Below, one piece after another: positions 8,731 to 17,918 of a stretch of 64,000 nucleotides of DNA. Each line of letters begins with the position of its first letter. Positions within the stretch are counted from its first letter, which is position 1. Under the pieces are notes generated by a model. That model was not told the DNA's origin, did no database searches, and saw only the letters and a program-made list of their open reading frames with translations. Both the position numbers and the translations under genes were made by a program. Source of the DNA: Armatimonadota bacterium (GTDB lineage: Bacteria; Armatimonadota; Fimbriimonadia; Fimbriimonadales; Fimbriimonadaceae); NCBI GenBank assembly GCA_031400935.1, contig JANNQV010000028.1, positions 1-64,000 on the forward strand, written 5' to 3'.

Positions 8731-9276
8731 ATGCGTGATATGTACGGTTCACAGCCATCCGAAAATCCGACGACCCGTACAAACAAGTTTATCTCGGATG
8801 CTTCGGTTGCGTTTGGATTTGGACTCTTACTCCTGGTAACAAGCCTTGTTTTCGCAGAAGGCATATACTCTGCACCCAAGCGAACAACATTCTTTGACTT
8901 GAGCCGGGACCCTAAAGAGATTGCCGATCTACCGAAGGCAATTCAAGAGTCGGTTCGTCCAATTCTTAACGGACATCCGATCGCGGTTGTTGTTGTAATG
9001 CCTGATTGCCAGTCTTGCTCCGCAAAGAATATTCCGAACATCCTAAGAGTTTGGAAATCTGAGTTTGGTGACTCGGTAGCCTTTGCTTGGCTGCCGGAAT
9101 CGAAACCAAAGCTTGCAAACTCGATTGAATACAGGCACCTAAATGTGACAATAAGAGACTTGGAGTCAATTCACATTCCTTTTCAGCCTCGTGCGTACGG
9201 AATCCACTCAAACGGACAAGTCATTTGCCAGGAGCCGTCGCAGAGCCTAAATGAGTTCAAGAGGTCACTACAATGA
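8731..9276 (+). CDS. Membrane-anchored thioredoxin-like CxxC protein
   Basis: One TM segment, VVVVMPDCQSC and a later FQP cis-Pro-like motif. The fold is inferred. Confidence 0.6.
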   Translation: MRDMYGSQPSENPTTRTNKFISDASVAFGFGLLLLVTSLVFAEGIYSAPKRTTFFDLSRDPKEIADLPKAIQESVRPILNGHPIAVVVVMPDCQSCSAKNIPNILRVWKSEFGDSVAFAWLPESKPKLANSIEYRHLNVTIRDLESIHIPFQPRAYGIHSNGQVICQEPSQSLNEFKRSLQ

Positions 9277-9833
9277 AACCTACTCGTGCATTTACCATGA
9301 TAGATACTCTTGTATGCCTTTCTATCATCGCATTAATTGCTTCCTTATTGGCTCCAACGATAATTCAAGCAAAGGAATCTGCAAAGATCACAGTCACTCG
9401 TTCAAACCTCAGACAAATTGGCCTTGCGATTGCAATGTACCGTGAAACTTGGGGCGGCGAGGGAGTTTATGGAAACGCATGGGCTATGGGACTTCCTTGC
9501 GCTCCACAGCCCGACCGTATGCCGATACTTAGTCAGCTTTTGCCCCCAAATAGGAGCCATCCGTCATCCAGCGCAACTGGAACAGGCTACAAACAGATAT
9601 TCGGGGTAGGTGGAATCGTAGGACCTCAATGGGAATCATATTCTCAGAAGGCGCAAGATTCATCTGTAATCTACGTTGATCCCTTCTTTAACCCGCCGTG
9701 GCTAGACCTTAATGCAAGCCAGTTCTATCCACTTTTCATCGTTGCTGTTCGACTCGATACCAGCGTGTTTCACGTTCGTAGAAAGGGCGAATGGCAACTT
9801 CCTACGTTCTGGGACGACAAAGAGGATGAATGA
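9273..9833 (+). CDS. Prepilin-type N-terminal cleavage/methylation (type II secretion pseudopilin-like) protein
   Basis: RAFTMIDTLVCLSIIALIASLLAP...AK...SNLRQIGLAIAMY. Asp replaces the usual Glu5. Confidence 0.85.
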   Translation: MKPTRAFTMIDTLVCLSIIALIASLLAPTIIQAKESAKITVTRSNLRQIGLAIAMYRETWGGEGVYGNAWAMGLPCAPQPDRMPILSQLLPPNRSHPSSSATGTGYKQIFGVGGIVGPQWESYSQKAQDSSVIYVDPFFNPPWLDLNASQFYPLFIVAVRLDTSVFHVRRKGEWQLPTFWDDKEDE

Positions 9834-9875
9834 TATAGAAGTCTATTGCACAAATCGAAAACTACGGAGACAACA

Positions 9876-10199
9876 ATGAATAAATCGAGGAAGATCTTCC
9901 TTTTGGTATTGACGGCATGCGTACTGGTATTTACACCAAGCGCAACGGGCTACGACTGTACAGATCAAACTCCAGTTTGTACCCCAAATTGGAGCCAGCT
10001 TATTAGTATTGTTTCGTGTGATGATAGTGGCCCATTTAAGTGCTGTATAAAAAAAATGTATCACTATACATGCTATCCAGGCGGGCCCGTACGTACTATA
10101 ATTAATGCTTATGAATACGATGCGAACGTCTGCCGCTATACATATGATTCTGAAGGAAAGGTAATTCATGCAGATTGCTTACTACAACCAGAAACGTAA
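9876..10199 (+). CDS. Small secreted Cys-rich protein with 8 Cys in the mature part
   Basis: GGAG RBS before ATG 9876, a signal peptide and a C-C-C-CC-C-C-C pattern. Confidence 0.7.
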   Translation: MNKSRKIFLLVLTACVLVFTPSATGYDCTDQTPVCTPNWSQLISIVSCDDSGPFKCCIKKMYHYTCYPGGPVRTIINAYEYDANVCRYTYDSEGKVIHADCLLQPET

Positions 10200-10240
10200 T
10201 GTGGCATATCGTTAGCCGAGAAGGGCACTTGCGGGATAGA

Positions 10241-10909
10241 ATGAAAGTTCTCACTGCAATTGTAGTGTTGGGATTTGCATTTGCGGTCGTCTATATGCGC
10301 CGACCACGGTCCTTAGATCAAGATGCTGAGCGATGGTTGCTAGCGCATTTGGAAGGCAACTGTAGCCCTATTCTCGAAATGCTAACACCCGAAGAACGTC
10401 GTGGAATTGGGCTGGATGACGAGGGTGTTTGCAGAGTTCTGAAAGAGCGGGTCTTTCCATACACGACAAAAGCCAAGTTATTACGCATTGAAAGGAGGAC
10501 AAGCTCCGAAACTGGTGGAAGTTGCACTGCATTATTAGAAGTCGGCAATGCCAAACAGTTTTCGGCCAATGGATTCGCTTTTCGCAGTTTTCCTCGCAGC
10601 GTCACTAGATTCAGGATGTCGCTCTCCCTGGCCTGGGCTATTCGCTCCCGGATTGACGGCTCGCATACAAAAGATTGGACATATTGTTTGCCCTATTTAG
10701 ATGAAGAACTTCCGGCATTGAAAACACTTGGGTTTCGCGAGCTGTTACTTGACAACAGTTATCACAGCACAATCTCAATTGAAAAGTACGTCGTTCGTGA
10801 AAAGGGATCGATTCTACTGACAAAGAAATACAACGATTATATTAAACTTGGGACATCCCACGCGGACGCGCTTAAGAAGCTACAAAGTGAGTATTCAGGC
10901 TCCAAATAG
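10241..10909 (+). CDS. Hypothetical membrane-anchored protein
   Basis: N-terminal TM segment MKVLTAIVVLGFAFAVVY and a long ORF. Start uncertain. Confidence 0.65.
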   Translation: MKVLTAIVVLGFAFAVVYMRRPRSLDQDAERWLLAHLEGNCSPILEMLTPEERRGIGLDDEGVCRVLKERVFPYTTKAKLLRIERRTSSETGGSCTALLEVGNAKQFSANGFAFRSFPRSVTRFRMSLSLAWAIRSRIDGSHTKDWTYCLPYLDEELPALKTLGFRELLLDNSYHSTISIEKYVVREKGSILLTKKYNDYIKLGTSHADALKKLQSEYSGSK

Positions 10910-11025
10910 ATCGCTCAAATTTGATTTGGTTGCAAACTCCTTCGCCGCTCTTCTAAGAATTCAATTGCCTCCAAAACTGATGAATTCTTCATCAAATGCC
11001 GTATACTTAAACAGCGCAAGCAAAA

Positions 11026-11120
11026 ACAGTCTGCATGGGGAGCCGTACAACGGCTGAGAGGTCTCGAATCGTCGGGACGACCCATTGACCTGATGCGGGT
11101 AATGCCGCCGTAGGGATTGT
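11026..11120 (+). ncRNA. TPP (THI-box) riboswitch
   Basis: GGGGAGCC..GGCTGAGAG..ACCC.TTGACCTGATGCGGGTAATGCCGCCGTAGGGA matches the THI-box consensus. P1 is ACAGTC/GATTGT. Confidence 0.93.
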
Positions 11121-11194
11121 GGAAATTCGGTTCGGTTCATCCCTTCCGTCTATCGCAATCAAAGCGAAGACTGAGGACGCGCAAGGAACCGAAC

Positions 11195-11950
11195 ATGAAA
11201 AAAGCGTTTACACTTATCGAACTCCTCGTGGTTATCGCGATCATCGCAATTCTCGCGGCGATACTTTTCCCGGTCTTTGCTCAAGCCAAAGAAGCTGCCA
11301 AAAAGACCGCGTGTCTAAGCAACTCTCGACAAATCGGAATGGCGACAAAGATGTATTTAGGCGACTTCGACGACACGATGCCGATCTTTTATGCCTACAA
11401 CAGCATTCCCCCAGCAGGGCAGACTGGCCATAAAGGCATCGAAGTGCTGCTTCTCCCCTACTGCAAGAACCAACAAGTGTTCAAATCGCCATTAGACCAG
11501 GGTGGGCCTTACTTAGCGGTTGATGTGCCTGGAGCCGACACTTACTGGAAGGCTTATGGTAGCAGCTACCGGTTTACGCAATGCGTTTTCAGCAAGGTGC
11601 CAGGCGAGAGTTCACAGAACAACACAATCTTAAATGACGATCAAATCGTTATCGAAACCCAGATTGAATTCTCCGCCGAAACGCGAGCGATCCGCCTCGA
11701 AATGTTCCCATTTTTCGACAAAAAATCGGACCCAGGATGCGCCCGTTACGGCTACGATTGCGACCCACCGTATAACTACTACAAGAGGTGGGGCTCGACT
11801 GGCGGTTCAATGATTTTTGTTGATGGCCACGCCAAGCACATCTCTGGCAGCGGCCAATTCGATCAAGCGCGAGTTGATGTGATCGGGCATAGGTCTGGCG
11901 AAGCGCATCCAACTAGCTGGACTGGAACTTGGTACGGAGTATGTGATTGA
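11195..11950 (+). CDS. Prepilin-type N-terminal cleavage/methylation protein (DUF1559 / H-X9-DG-like)
   Basis: [43 protein letters not shown] and C-terminal MIFVDGHAK. Confidence 0.93.
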   Translation: MKKAFTLIELLVVIAIIAILAAILFPVFAQAKEAAKKTACLSNSRQIGMATKMYLGDFDDTMPIFYAYNSIPPAGQTGHKGIEVLLLPYCKNQQVFKSPLDQGGPYLAVDVPGADTYWKAYGSSYRFTQCVFSKVPGESSQNNTILNDDQIVIETQIEFSAETRAIRLEMFPFFDKKSDPGCARYGYDCDPPYNYYKRWGSTGGSMIFVDGHAKHISGSGQFDQARVDVIGHRSGEAHPTSWTGTWYGVCD

Positions 11951-12105
11951 TTGAGTCTTAGGGTCATTTATTTATGTTTTGGCTAGGTTAACAATCCCAG
12001 GTAAATGTGCTGGTTCGACTCGAAAATGGCATTCCACCAAGCGTGGGCAAGTCATAATAGATTCACTTTGCGCCACTAATTAATGGGCAAACTTGGAGAG
12101 GATTT

Positions 12106-12792
12106 ATGAAAAGAACATTTTTTGTTTTAGGGTTAATGAGCGTCGTTGCCGCATCGCAAGCGGTCGTGATTGCAACTTGGACTTTTGAAGCACCTAACAC
12201 ACCAACGGGTTCTACCGGATTCGGTAATGGCCCTTGGAATCCTTCAGTCGGTGCAGGTGTAGGCAACGGGCTTCATGCCAGTGCCAATACAGCTTGGAGT
12301 ACGCCAGTTGGAAACGGCTCTGCTTTTTCCGTCAGTTCGAACCAGTGGGCTATTGGAGACTACTATCAGTTCAGGGTTTCGACGATCAACATGAATGCGA
12401 TTACAGTCAGTTGGTCGCAAGCAAGTAGCAATACTGGGCCAAGAGATTTCAACCTTCAATACAGCACGGATGGAACTTCATTCACAACATTTGCTGGATA
12501 CATAGTCCTTCCAAATGCGACTCCAAATCCGACTTGGGGTTCTGTAACTAACCAACCAATCTACAACTTAAACGCGAATCTCAGTTCTGTGACAGCGATC
12601 AATAATCAAGCGAACGTATTCATTCGCATGACGAATTCGAGTACAGTTTCCGCTAATGGCGGAGTTGTTGCCCTTGCAGGCACAGACAGAGTTGATGACG
12701 TTTCAATCGGAGGAACCGTTGTTCCGGAACCAGCAACAATGGCTGTTGTTGGGCTTGGCGTAGCCGCTCTTTTGCGACGACGACGCAAGTAA
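12106..12792 (+). CDS. PEP-CTERM sorting domain protein
   Basis: Signal peptide and C-terminal VPEPATMAVVGLGVAALLRRRRK. Confidence 0.95.
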   Translation: MKRTFFVLGLMSVVAASQAVVIATWTFEAPNTPTGSTGFGNGPWNPSVGAGVGNGLHASANTAWSTPVGNGSAFSVSSNQWAIGDYYQFRVSTINMNAITVSWSQASSNTGPRDFNLQYSTDGTSFTTFAGYIVLPNATPNPTWGSVTNQPIYNLNANLSSVTAINNQANVFIRMTNSSTVSANGGVVALAGTDRVDDVSIGGTVVPEPATMAVVGLGVAALLRRRRK

Positions 12793-12943
12793 GAGTTCGT
12801 TGTCGGTTGTTAGTTATTGGTTGTTAAATTTTAGCTGACAACTGACAGTCGTTTTATTTTGGCCCGAGAGCTCTGCTCTGGGGCCAAAATTGTTGTCGAA
12901 CCTTCCAAAACGACTTCGCCATTCGCGAAGAACCATTGACTCG

Positions 12944-12970
12944 AAAGCCCTCCGATTTCTCGGAGGGCTC
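12944..12970 (-). terminator. Intrinsic terminator-like hairpin downstream of the flagellin gene
   Basis: AGCCCTCCGA..TCGGAGGGCT stem with a short T tail on the minus strand, between convergent genes. Confidence 0.55.
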
Positions 12971-13070
12971 TGGTGAGGAGTGGGTTCGAAATTCGTTGTT
13001 GGTTGTGGGTTGTCAGTAGCCCGGCATCCGCGAATAACTAACAACCAATAACTAAAAACCAAAAACCGAC

Positions 13071-14525
13071 TTACTGCCTTAGCAACGCCAAAATCCCCTG
13101 CGGAATCTGGTTCGCTTGCGCCAAAACCGACATTCCCGACTGAGCCAAAATCTGCTGGCGAGTCATGTTAGTGATTTCTATGGCCATGTCCGCATCGCGA
13201 ATCTGGCTTTCTGAGCTCGTTAAATTCTCTTGGGCGATGCTGAGAGAGCGAACGTTAGATTCCAAGAAGTTCTTCTGGAAAGATCCGAGTTCGCCGCGCA
13301 TTCTAGCCAATTGATTAACTGCGTCATCAATTACCCGCATTGCGTTTTGAGCGCCTGTTTGCGTGGTGACGTCAACATCAGCCATAGACATGTTTGCGAC
13401 CGCGCCTGTTCCAAGTCTATTGGCAAATACGGTTGGCATTGAAAACTGAACCGATTGATCGGCGTTTCCGCCAATTTGGAATCGAACGTTTCCTGCTGTA
13501 ACTTGTCCAACAACTGTATCCACGCCTGTAATCGTCGAGTTTCCATTTTCAGACATTACAATCGCGTTGCCATAAGCATCGGTGAGCTTCAGCCCTGATT
13601 CATTTGGACCTCGACCACCCGTGAACGGTACTGTCGTCACGCCAGCTGCGGTGGTCAAGGAAACGTTAAAGACGGCATCAACACCAGTCGAAGTTGCTGA
13701 AGATGCGTTGTGAATAATGTTCGAAGGATCGAAGAATGAAATTCCGAATTGCGAACCAAAGTTCTGTTGATTCAAATTGATTGAAACAGGACCAGCACCG
13801 CTGATCGTAGCGGTAACACCGGTAGTGCCCGACATCGTGTTGATCTTGTTGACCAACGATTGAACCGTTTCATTGCCGCTGCTTGTAAAGGAGTATCCGT
13901 TGATGACGAATGACCCTGCAGTCGGCACAATCGTGTTCGAATTAGCAAATGTATTGCCCAATGCAACCGACCCGCGAGTTCCTTGAACAACTTTGGCAAC
14001 CGTTATGGCACCACTCTGAACTGTTGAACCTGCGAACGTTCCACCCATATAGATGCTTGAAACGTAGTTGACTGAAGTCACGTTTGCAAGAGTTCCAGAG
14101 GTTCCGTTGAGTAACTTTTTGTTTCCAAATTGTGTTTGCTCTGCAATTCGATTGATGGATTGAATCGTCGAACGAATCTGCGTCTGATTTGCTTCCAGGC
14201 TGGTCGCATCAACAACCGCAGTGTTCGCAGAATGAACCGCTAGAGCACGTACGTTTCGAAGCAAGCTCTGGATTTCGTCAAGGGCGGCCTCAGCCGTTTT
14301 CGACATATTCACAGCATCTTGCGAATTGCGGATTGCCTGCTCAATGCCCTTTAGTTGCGAGCGCATTCCTTCGCTAATGATCAAACCTGCGGGGTCATCT
14401 GCTGCGGAATTGATTCGCATACCGCTGCTAAGGCGACCAATGGTGGTTTGCATCTCCATTTGGTTGTGAGACAAATGTCGAAGTGCGTTCTGTGCCGATA
14501 CGTTTGTGTTTATTCGGAAACTCAC
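13071..14525 (-). CDS. fliC: Flagellin
   Basis: RINTNVSA, RLSSGMRINSAADDPAGL, QFGNKKLLNG, FQIGGN and SQIRDADMA...VLAQAN motifs. Confidence 0.97.
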   Translation of the reverse strand: MSFRINTNVSAQNALRHLSHNQMEMQTTIGRLSSGMRINSAADDPAGLIISEGMRSQLKGIEQAIRNSQDAVNMSKTAEAALDEIQSLLRNVRALAVHSANTAVVDATSLEANQTQIRSTIQSINRIAEQTQFGNKKLLNGTSGTLANVTSVNYVSSIYMGGTFAGSTVQSGAITVAKVVQGTRGSVALGNTFANSNTIVPTAGSFVINGYSFTSSGNETVQSLVNKINTMSGTTGVTATISGAGPVSINLNQQNFGSQFGISFFDPSNIIHNASSATSTGVDAVFNVSLTTAAGVTTVPFTGGRGPNESGLKLTDAYGNAIVMSENGNSTITGVDTVVGQVTAGNVRFQIGGNADQSVQFSMPTVFANRLGTGAVANMSMADVDVTTQTGAQNAMRVIDDAVNQLARMRGELGSFQKNFLESNVRSLSIAQENLTSSESQIRDADMAIEITNMTRQQILAQSGMSVLAQANQIPQGILALLRQ

Positions 14526-14601
14526 GTTATGTGCTCCTCTCGAATCTTTCTCATCACGATTTTAACTCGCAATTAGAAAAATCTTCAGATTTCATGTGAA
14601 A

Positions 14602-14628
14602 TTCTCGGTGCGATATGGAATAACTTTA
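14602..14628 (-). promoter_or_regulatory. Sigma-28 (FliA) promoter of the flagellin gene
   Basis: Minus strand TAAA-N15-ACCGAGAA versus the consensus TAAA-N15-GCCGATAA. Confidence 0.7.
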
Positions 14629-14657
14629 GGTTTCATTGCGAAAAAGCTCTTCTCAAT

Positions 14658-14854
14658 TGTGGATTTTGGATTGTGGATTGCGGATTTGATCCTTGTTGTC
14701 GCCTTTGCTCAATCTGAAGCTTCCGACAGGTTGCGTCTGATATATCTCATTAAAGCAAGGCGAATCCATTTTGCAAATTCTCAGGAACATTTAATCGGCA
14801 AGAAAACGAAACCTCACAATCCAAAATCCAAAATCCAAAATCTAAAATCCAAAA
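14658..14854. repeat. Inverted heptamer arrays (GGATTTT / AAAATCC)
   Basis: ggattttggattgtggattgcggattt on the left and aatccaaaatccaaaatccaaaatct on the right. Confidence 0.75.
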
Positions 14855-14879
14855 GAGAGATTCCCTTCATAATCTCCCC

Positions 14880-15737
14880 ATGCGCCGCGCACTAGGAAAA
14901 GGTCTTTCGCAACTACTCGGGGATGATAACGATTCACCATCTTCGACCGAAGTTTCGGTGAATTCGATTTCGCCAAACCCAAATCAGCCTCGAAAGAGCT
15001 TCGATCCAGAAGCGATTCAGCAGCTTGCCGACTCAATGAAATCCCATGGAATCTTGCAGCCGCTCATCGTTCGGCAGCTAGAAAACGGCAGATTCGAGCT
15101 AATTGCCGGAGAACGACGATTACGTGCAGCAAAGCTTGCTGGACTCACCGAAGTTCCCATCTTGATCAGGAGTGCCGGAGAACTTCAATCTTTAGAGCTT
15201 GCAATCGTCGAGAACGTTCAGCGCGAAGACATCTCTCCTCTCGATGCCGCCAGAGCATATCGCAAACTCTCTGATGAATTCAGGCTGACACAAGATCAAA
15301 TCGCCGCAAAAGTTGGCAAATCGAGGGTTGCAATCGCAAACACTTTGCGGCTTCTAAAGCTGTCGCCAAAGATTCTTGAGGGGCTCGAAAGTGGTTTGAT
15401 ATCAGAAGGACACGCCAGAGCGCTCCTTCAAATTGAAGATGAAGCTCTTCAGCTTGCCATTTTCCAAAAAATTGTCGCCAACGGGCTATCGGTAAGAGAT
15501 GTTGAAAAGGCGGCACAGCTCGCTTCTGCCATAAAGAAATCGAAACCAAAGAAACCGAAGACAAATGGCACCAGTGCAGTTCCAAACGAATGGCGCTACC
15601 TTCAAGATGGAATGTCAACCTACTTCAGTAGCCCTGTGAAGTTTGAACCTGCGCAAGTTGGCGGGAGAATCGTTATCGAGTTCTATTCAGACGACGACCT
15701 TTCTCGCATCTTAGATATTCTCGGCATTCACGCTTAG
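14880..15737 (+). CDS. parB: ParB/Spo0J chromosome partitioning protein
   Basis: ALGKGL, PNPNQPRK, GILQPL, IAGERRLRAA, ENVQREDI and HARALL motifs. Confidence 0.96.
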   Translation: MRRALGKGLSQLLGDDNDSPSSTEVSVNSISPNPNQPRKSFDPEAIQQLADSMKSHGILQPLIVRQLENGRFELIAGERRLRAAKLAGLTEVPILIRSAGELQSLELAIVENVQREDISPLDAARAYRKLSDEFRLTQDQIAAKVGKSRVAIANTLRLLKLSPKILEGLESGLISEGHARALLQIEDEALQLAIFQKIVANGLSVRDVEKAAQLASAIKKSKPKKPKTNGTSAVPNEWRYLQDGMSTYFSSPVKFEPAQVGGRIVIEFYSDDDLSRILDILGIHA

Positions 15738-15752
15738 AGTTAACTTCAAGCC

Positions 15753-16583
15753 ATGAAAATCGCTGCTGTCAATTGGAAACTTCGACCTATTCGGTCCGCA
15801 AGCGAATTCACTGATCACGCCATCGAATTGCTCGATACATGTAAGGCTCAAGGGGCAGAATTGGTTGTTTTTCCGGAATGCTTCACGCTAGAACTGCTTG
15901 CTCTGTCGCCAGCCGTTCCGCAAAATAAAATTGCAAAGCTCATACCCTCCAACACGATTGATCCCATAGTTGATTACTGCCAGAAGCTTGGCATGATCCT
16001 AGTTGCAGGTTCGACTTTTTTCGCGACGGAATCTGGATTTGTGAATGCGTCTAAAGCAATTTGGTCGGATGGCGGTACCGCCATTCAACCCAAAATGGTA
16101 CTTACCCAATTTGAGTTGAACGTATGGAAGATCGAACCAGGAAATTCCTTGGCGGCGTTGCCCGATCCGAGATTTGGAGTTACAATTTGCTACGATTGCG
16201 AATTCCCTGAAGCCGGACGTGCGCTCGCAGAATCGGGCGTCCTATGCCAAATCGTCCCGGCGTTTACTCAAGATGAGCACGGCTTTTGGCGGGTGCGCAA
16301 CTCATGCCTTGCCCGCGCGATTGAAAACCAGATATTTGTCGTACACAGTTCTTTGGTTGGCTCGCTCGGCAGAGAACCAGTTCCTTCGGCAGTAGGATCA
16401 AGTGCAATTATCGCCCCATCTGCCGAGCCATTCCCAGCTAACGGAATTCTGGCTGAATCCAAATGGAATGAGGAGTCAATCGCTGTGGCTCACCTTGAAT
16501 TTGAAGCCATTTTCCAAGCTAGAGAGTCGGGTGATGTACGAAACTGGAACGATCGCAATCGGGGGAATTGGAGCAGGGCTTAA
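15753..16583 (+). CDS. Carbon-nitrogen hydrolase (nitrilase superfamily)
   Basis: VFPE, QPK, ICYDCEFPE and ARAIENQ catalytic-triad motifs. Confidence 0.92.
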   Translation: MKIAAVNWKLRPIRSASEFTDHAIELLDTCKAQGAELVVFPECFTLELLALSPAVPQNKIAKLIPSNTIDPIVDYCQKLGMILVAGSTFFATESGFVNASKAIWSDGGTAIQPKMVLTQFELNVWKIEPGNSLAALPDPRFGVTICYDCEFPEAGRALAESGVLCQIVPAFTQDEHGFWRVRNSCLARAIENQIFVVHSSLVGSLGREPVPSAVGSSAIIAPSAEPFPANGILAESKWNEESIAVAHLEFEAIFQARESGDVRNWNDRNRGNWSRA

Positions 16584-16635
16584 GGAGCGCGGGCGTCTCG
16601 CCTGCTTCTGTGTGCTGGACGTCTCGTCCAGCCGT
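16583..16635. repeat. GGAGCGCGGGC-type REP doublet
   Basis: ggagcgcgggcgtctcgcctgc...gctggacgtctcgtccagc. A similar element lies at 34572-34622. Confidence 0.6.
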
Positions 16636-16737
16636 CTATGAGCACGTTTGCTACAAATCGAGCTCCTGATAACAACTTACTGACCACTTGCCGACCCTAC
16701 TTAACCTTAAGCCCGTTCCAAAATGTAAACTCTCGCT

Positions 16738-17640
16738 ATGAGAACCCCCGTTCGAGGATTTGCGGCACTACGCACGTACCTTGAAATGATCAAAATAGAA
16801 CACTCGATCTTCGCATTGCCGTTTGCGATGATTGGAATGATGTGGGGTTCAATGTCAATTAGCACATCGCCCTGGCCGGGGTGGGAGAAATTCGGACTGA
16901 TTGTTTTGGCAATGGTCACTTGTCGAAGCGCAGCGATGGCGTTCAACCGAATTATTGATAGGAACATAGATGCGAACAACCCAAGAACTGCTATTCGAGC
17001 TTTGCCAGCAGGATTGCTACAGCTTCGCCATGCTAACATTTTTTTCTATGCAAGTTGTGCGATCTTCATTTTCTCGACCTATCTGCTAAACCCATTGGCT
17101 TTCGCACTTAGCCCAATTGCACTAGGGGTGACATTATTTTATAGTCTTACTAAACGCTTTACTCATCTATGTCATTTTATCCTGGGCTTATCGTTAGCCA
17201 TTGCTCCAGCCGCCGCTTGGATTGCAGTCACCAGGGAACTTCATCCCGCCATTCTTCCTGTTGTTGGCGCCGTCATGTTCTGGACAGCTGGATTCGACAT
17301 CATCTATTCGTTGCAAGACGAAGAGTTCGACAAGGAAAACGGCCTTCGATCCATCCCAGCTGCTGTCGGAAAGAAGAACGCCCTTATAATCAGCAGAACC
17401 TCTCACGCCATTGCGATCCTTCTCTTGGCATTCGCAGGATGGCAAATCGGAAGCCAAGTTTTTTGGTTCATTGGAGTTGGCGTTAGTGCGGCAATTCTTT
17501 ACTATGAGCAATCCATCGTGAAGCCAGACGACCTCAGCCGCGTGAATCTTGCCTTTTTTACATTGAATGGGTTTGTGAGTCTGGGCCTCTTCGTGTTCGC
17601 TTTGGTTGACGCCCTTTTCCGCGCAGGCACACCAACTTAG
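16738..17640 (+). CDS. UbiA-family polyprenyltransferase (MqnP-like)
   Basis: IKIEHSIFALPF, RSAAMAFNRIIDRNID.NPRT, GFDIIYSLQD and AFFTLNG motifs. Confidence 0.92.
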   Translation: MRTPVRGFAALRTYLEMIKIEHSIFALPFAMIGMMWGSMSISTSPWPGWEKFGLIVLAMVTCRSAAMAFNRIIDRNIDANNPRTAIRALPAGLLQLRHANIFFYASCAIFIFSTYLLNPLAFALSPIALGVTLFYSLTKRFTHLCHFILGLSLAIAPAAAWIAVTRELHPAILPVVGAVMFWTAGFDIIYSLQDEEFDKENGLRSIPAAVGKKNALIISRTSHAIAILLLAFAGWQIGSQVFWFIGVGVSAAILYYEQSIVKPDDLSRVNLAFFTLNGFVSLGLFVFALVDALFRAGTPT

Positions 17641-17654
17641 GGTATCCATACAAA

Positions 17655-17918
17655 GTGCCACCAGAACTCAAAAACACCGCCTATATTGGAATGGGGATTT
17701 GTGGCGTGATGATTCTATTCAACCTTCTGATGGCACGAAAGAAGGGCATATCAAGAGTATTTCTATCGGCTGCATTTGCGGTATTTGGCTTGATTATTTT
17801 CTTATTTACACGAGATGGCAATCTTCTAGCTCTTGGTTTTTTGGGCGGAATAACACTGATGTTGTTGCTAGCCGATGCGATAGCGAGAGCGGCGAACAAG
17901 GAGAAAAAGAGCCCATGA
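17655..17918 (+). CDS. Small membrane protein with 3 TM segments
   Basis: Three hydrophobic segments. Fills the gap between genes and is ATGA-coupled to the next gene. Confidence 0.7.
   Translation: MPPELKNTAYIGMGICGVMILFNLLMARKKGISRVFLSAAFAVFGLIIFLFTRDGNLLALGFLGGITLMLLLADAIARAANKEKKSP

Noticed and set aside
17606..17914. N-terminal extension of the amine oxidase
   Set aside because: It overlaps a plausible 3-TM gene, and the Rossmann motif starts at 17915.
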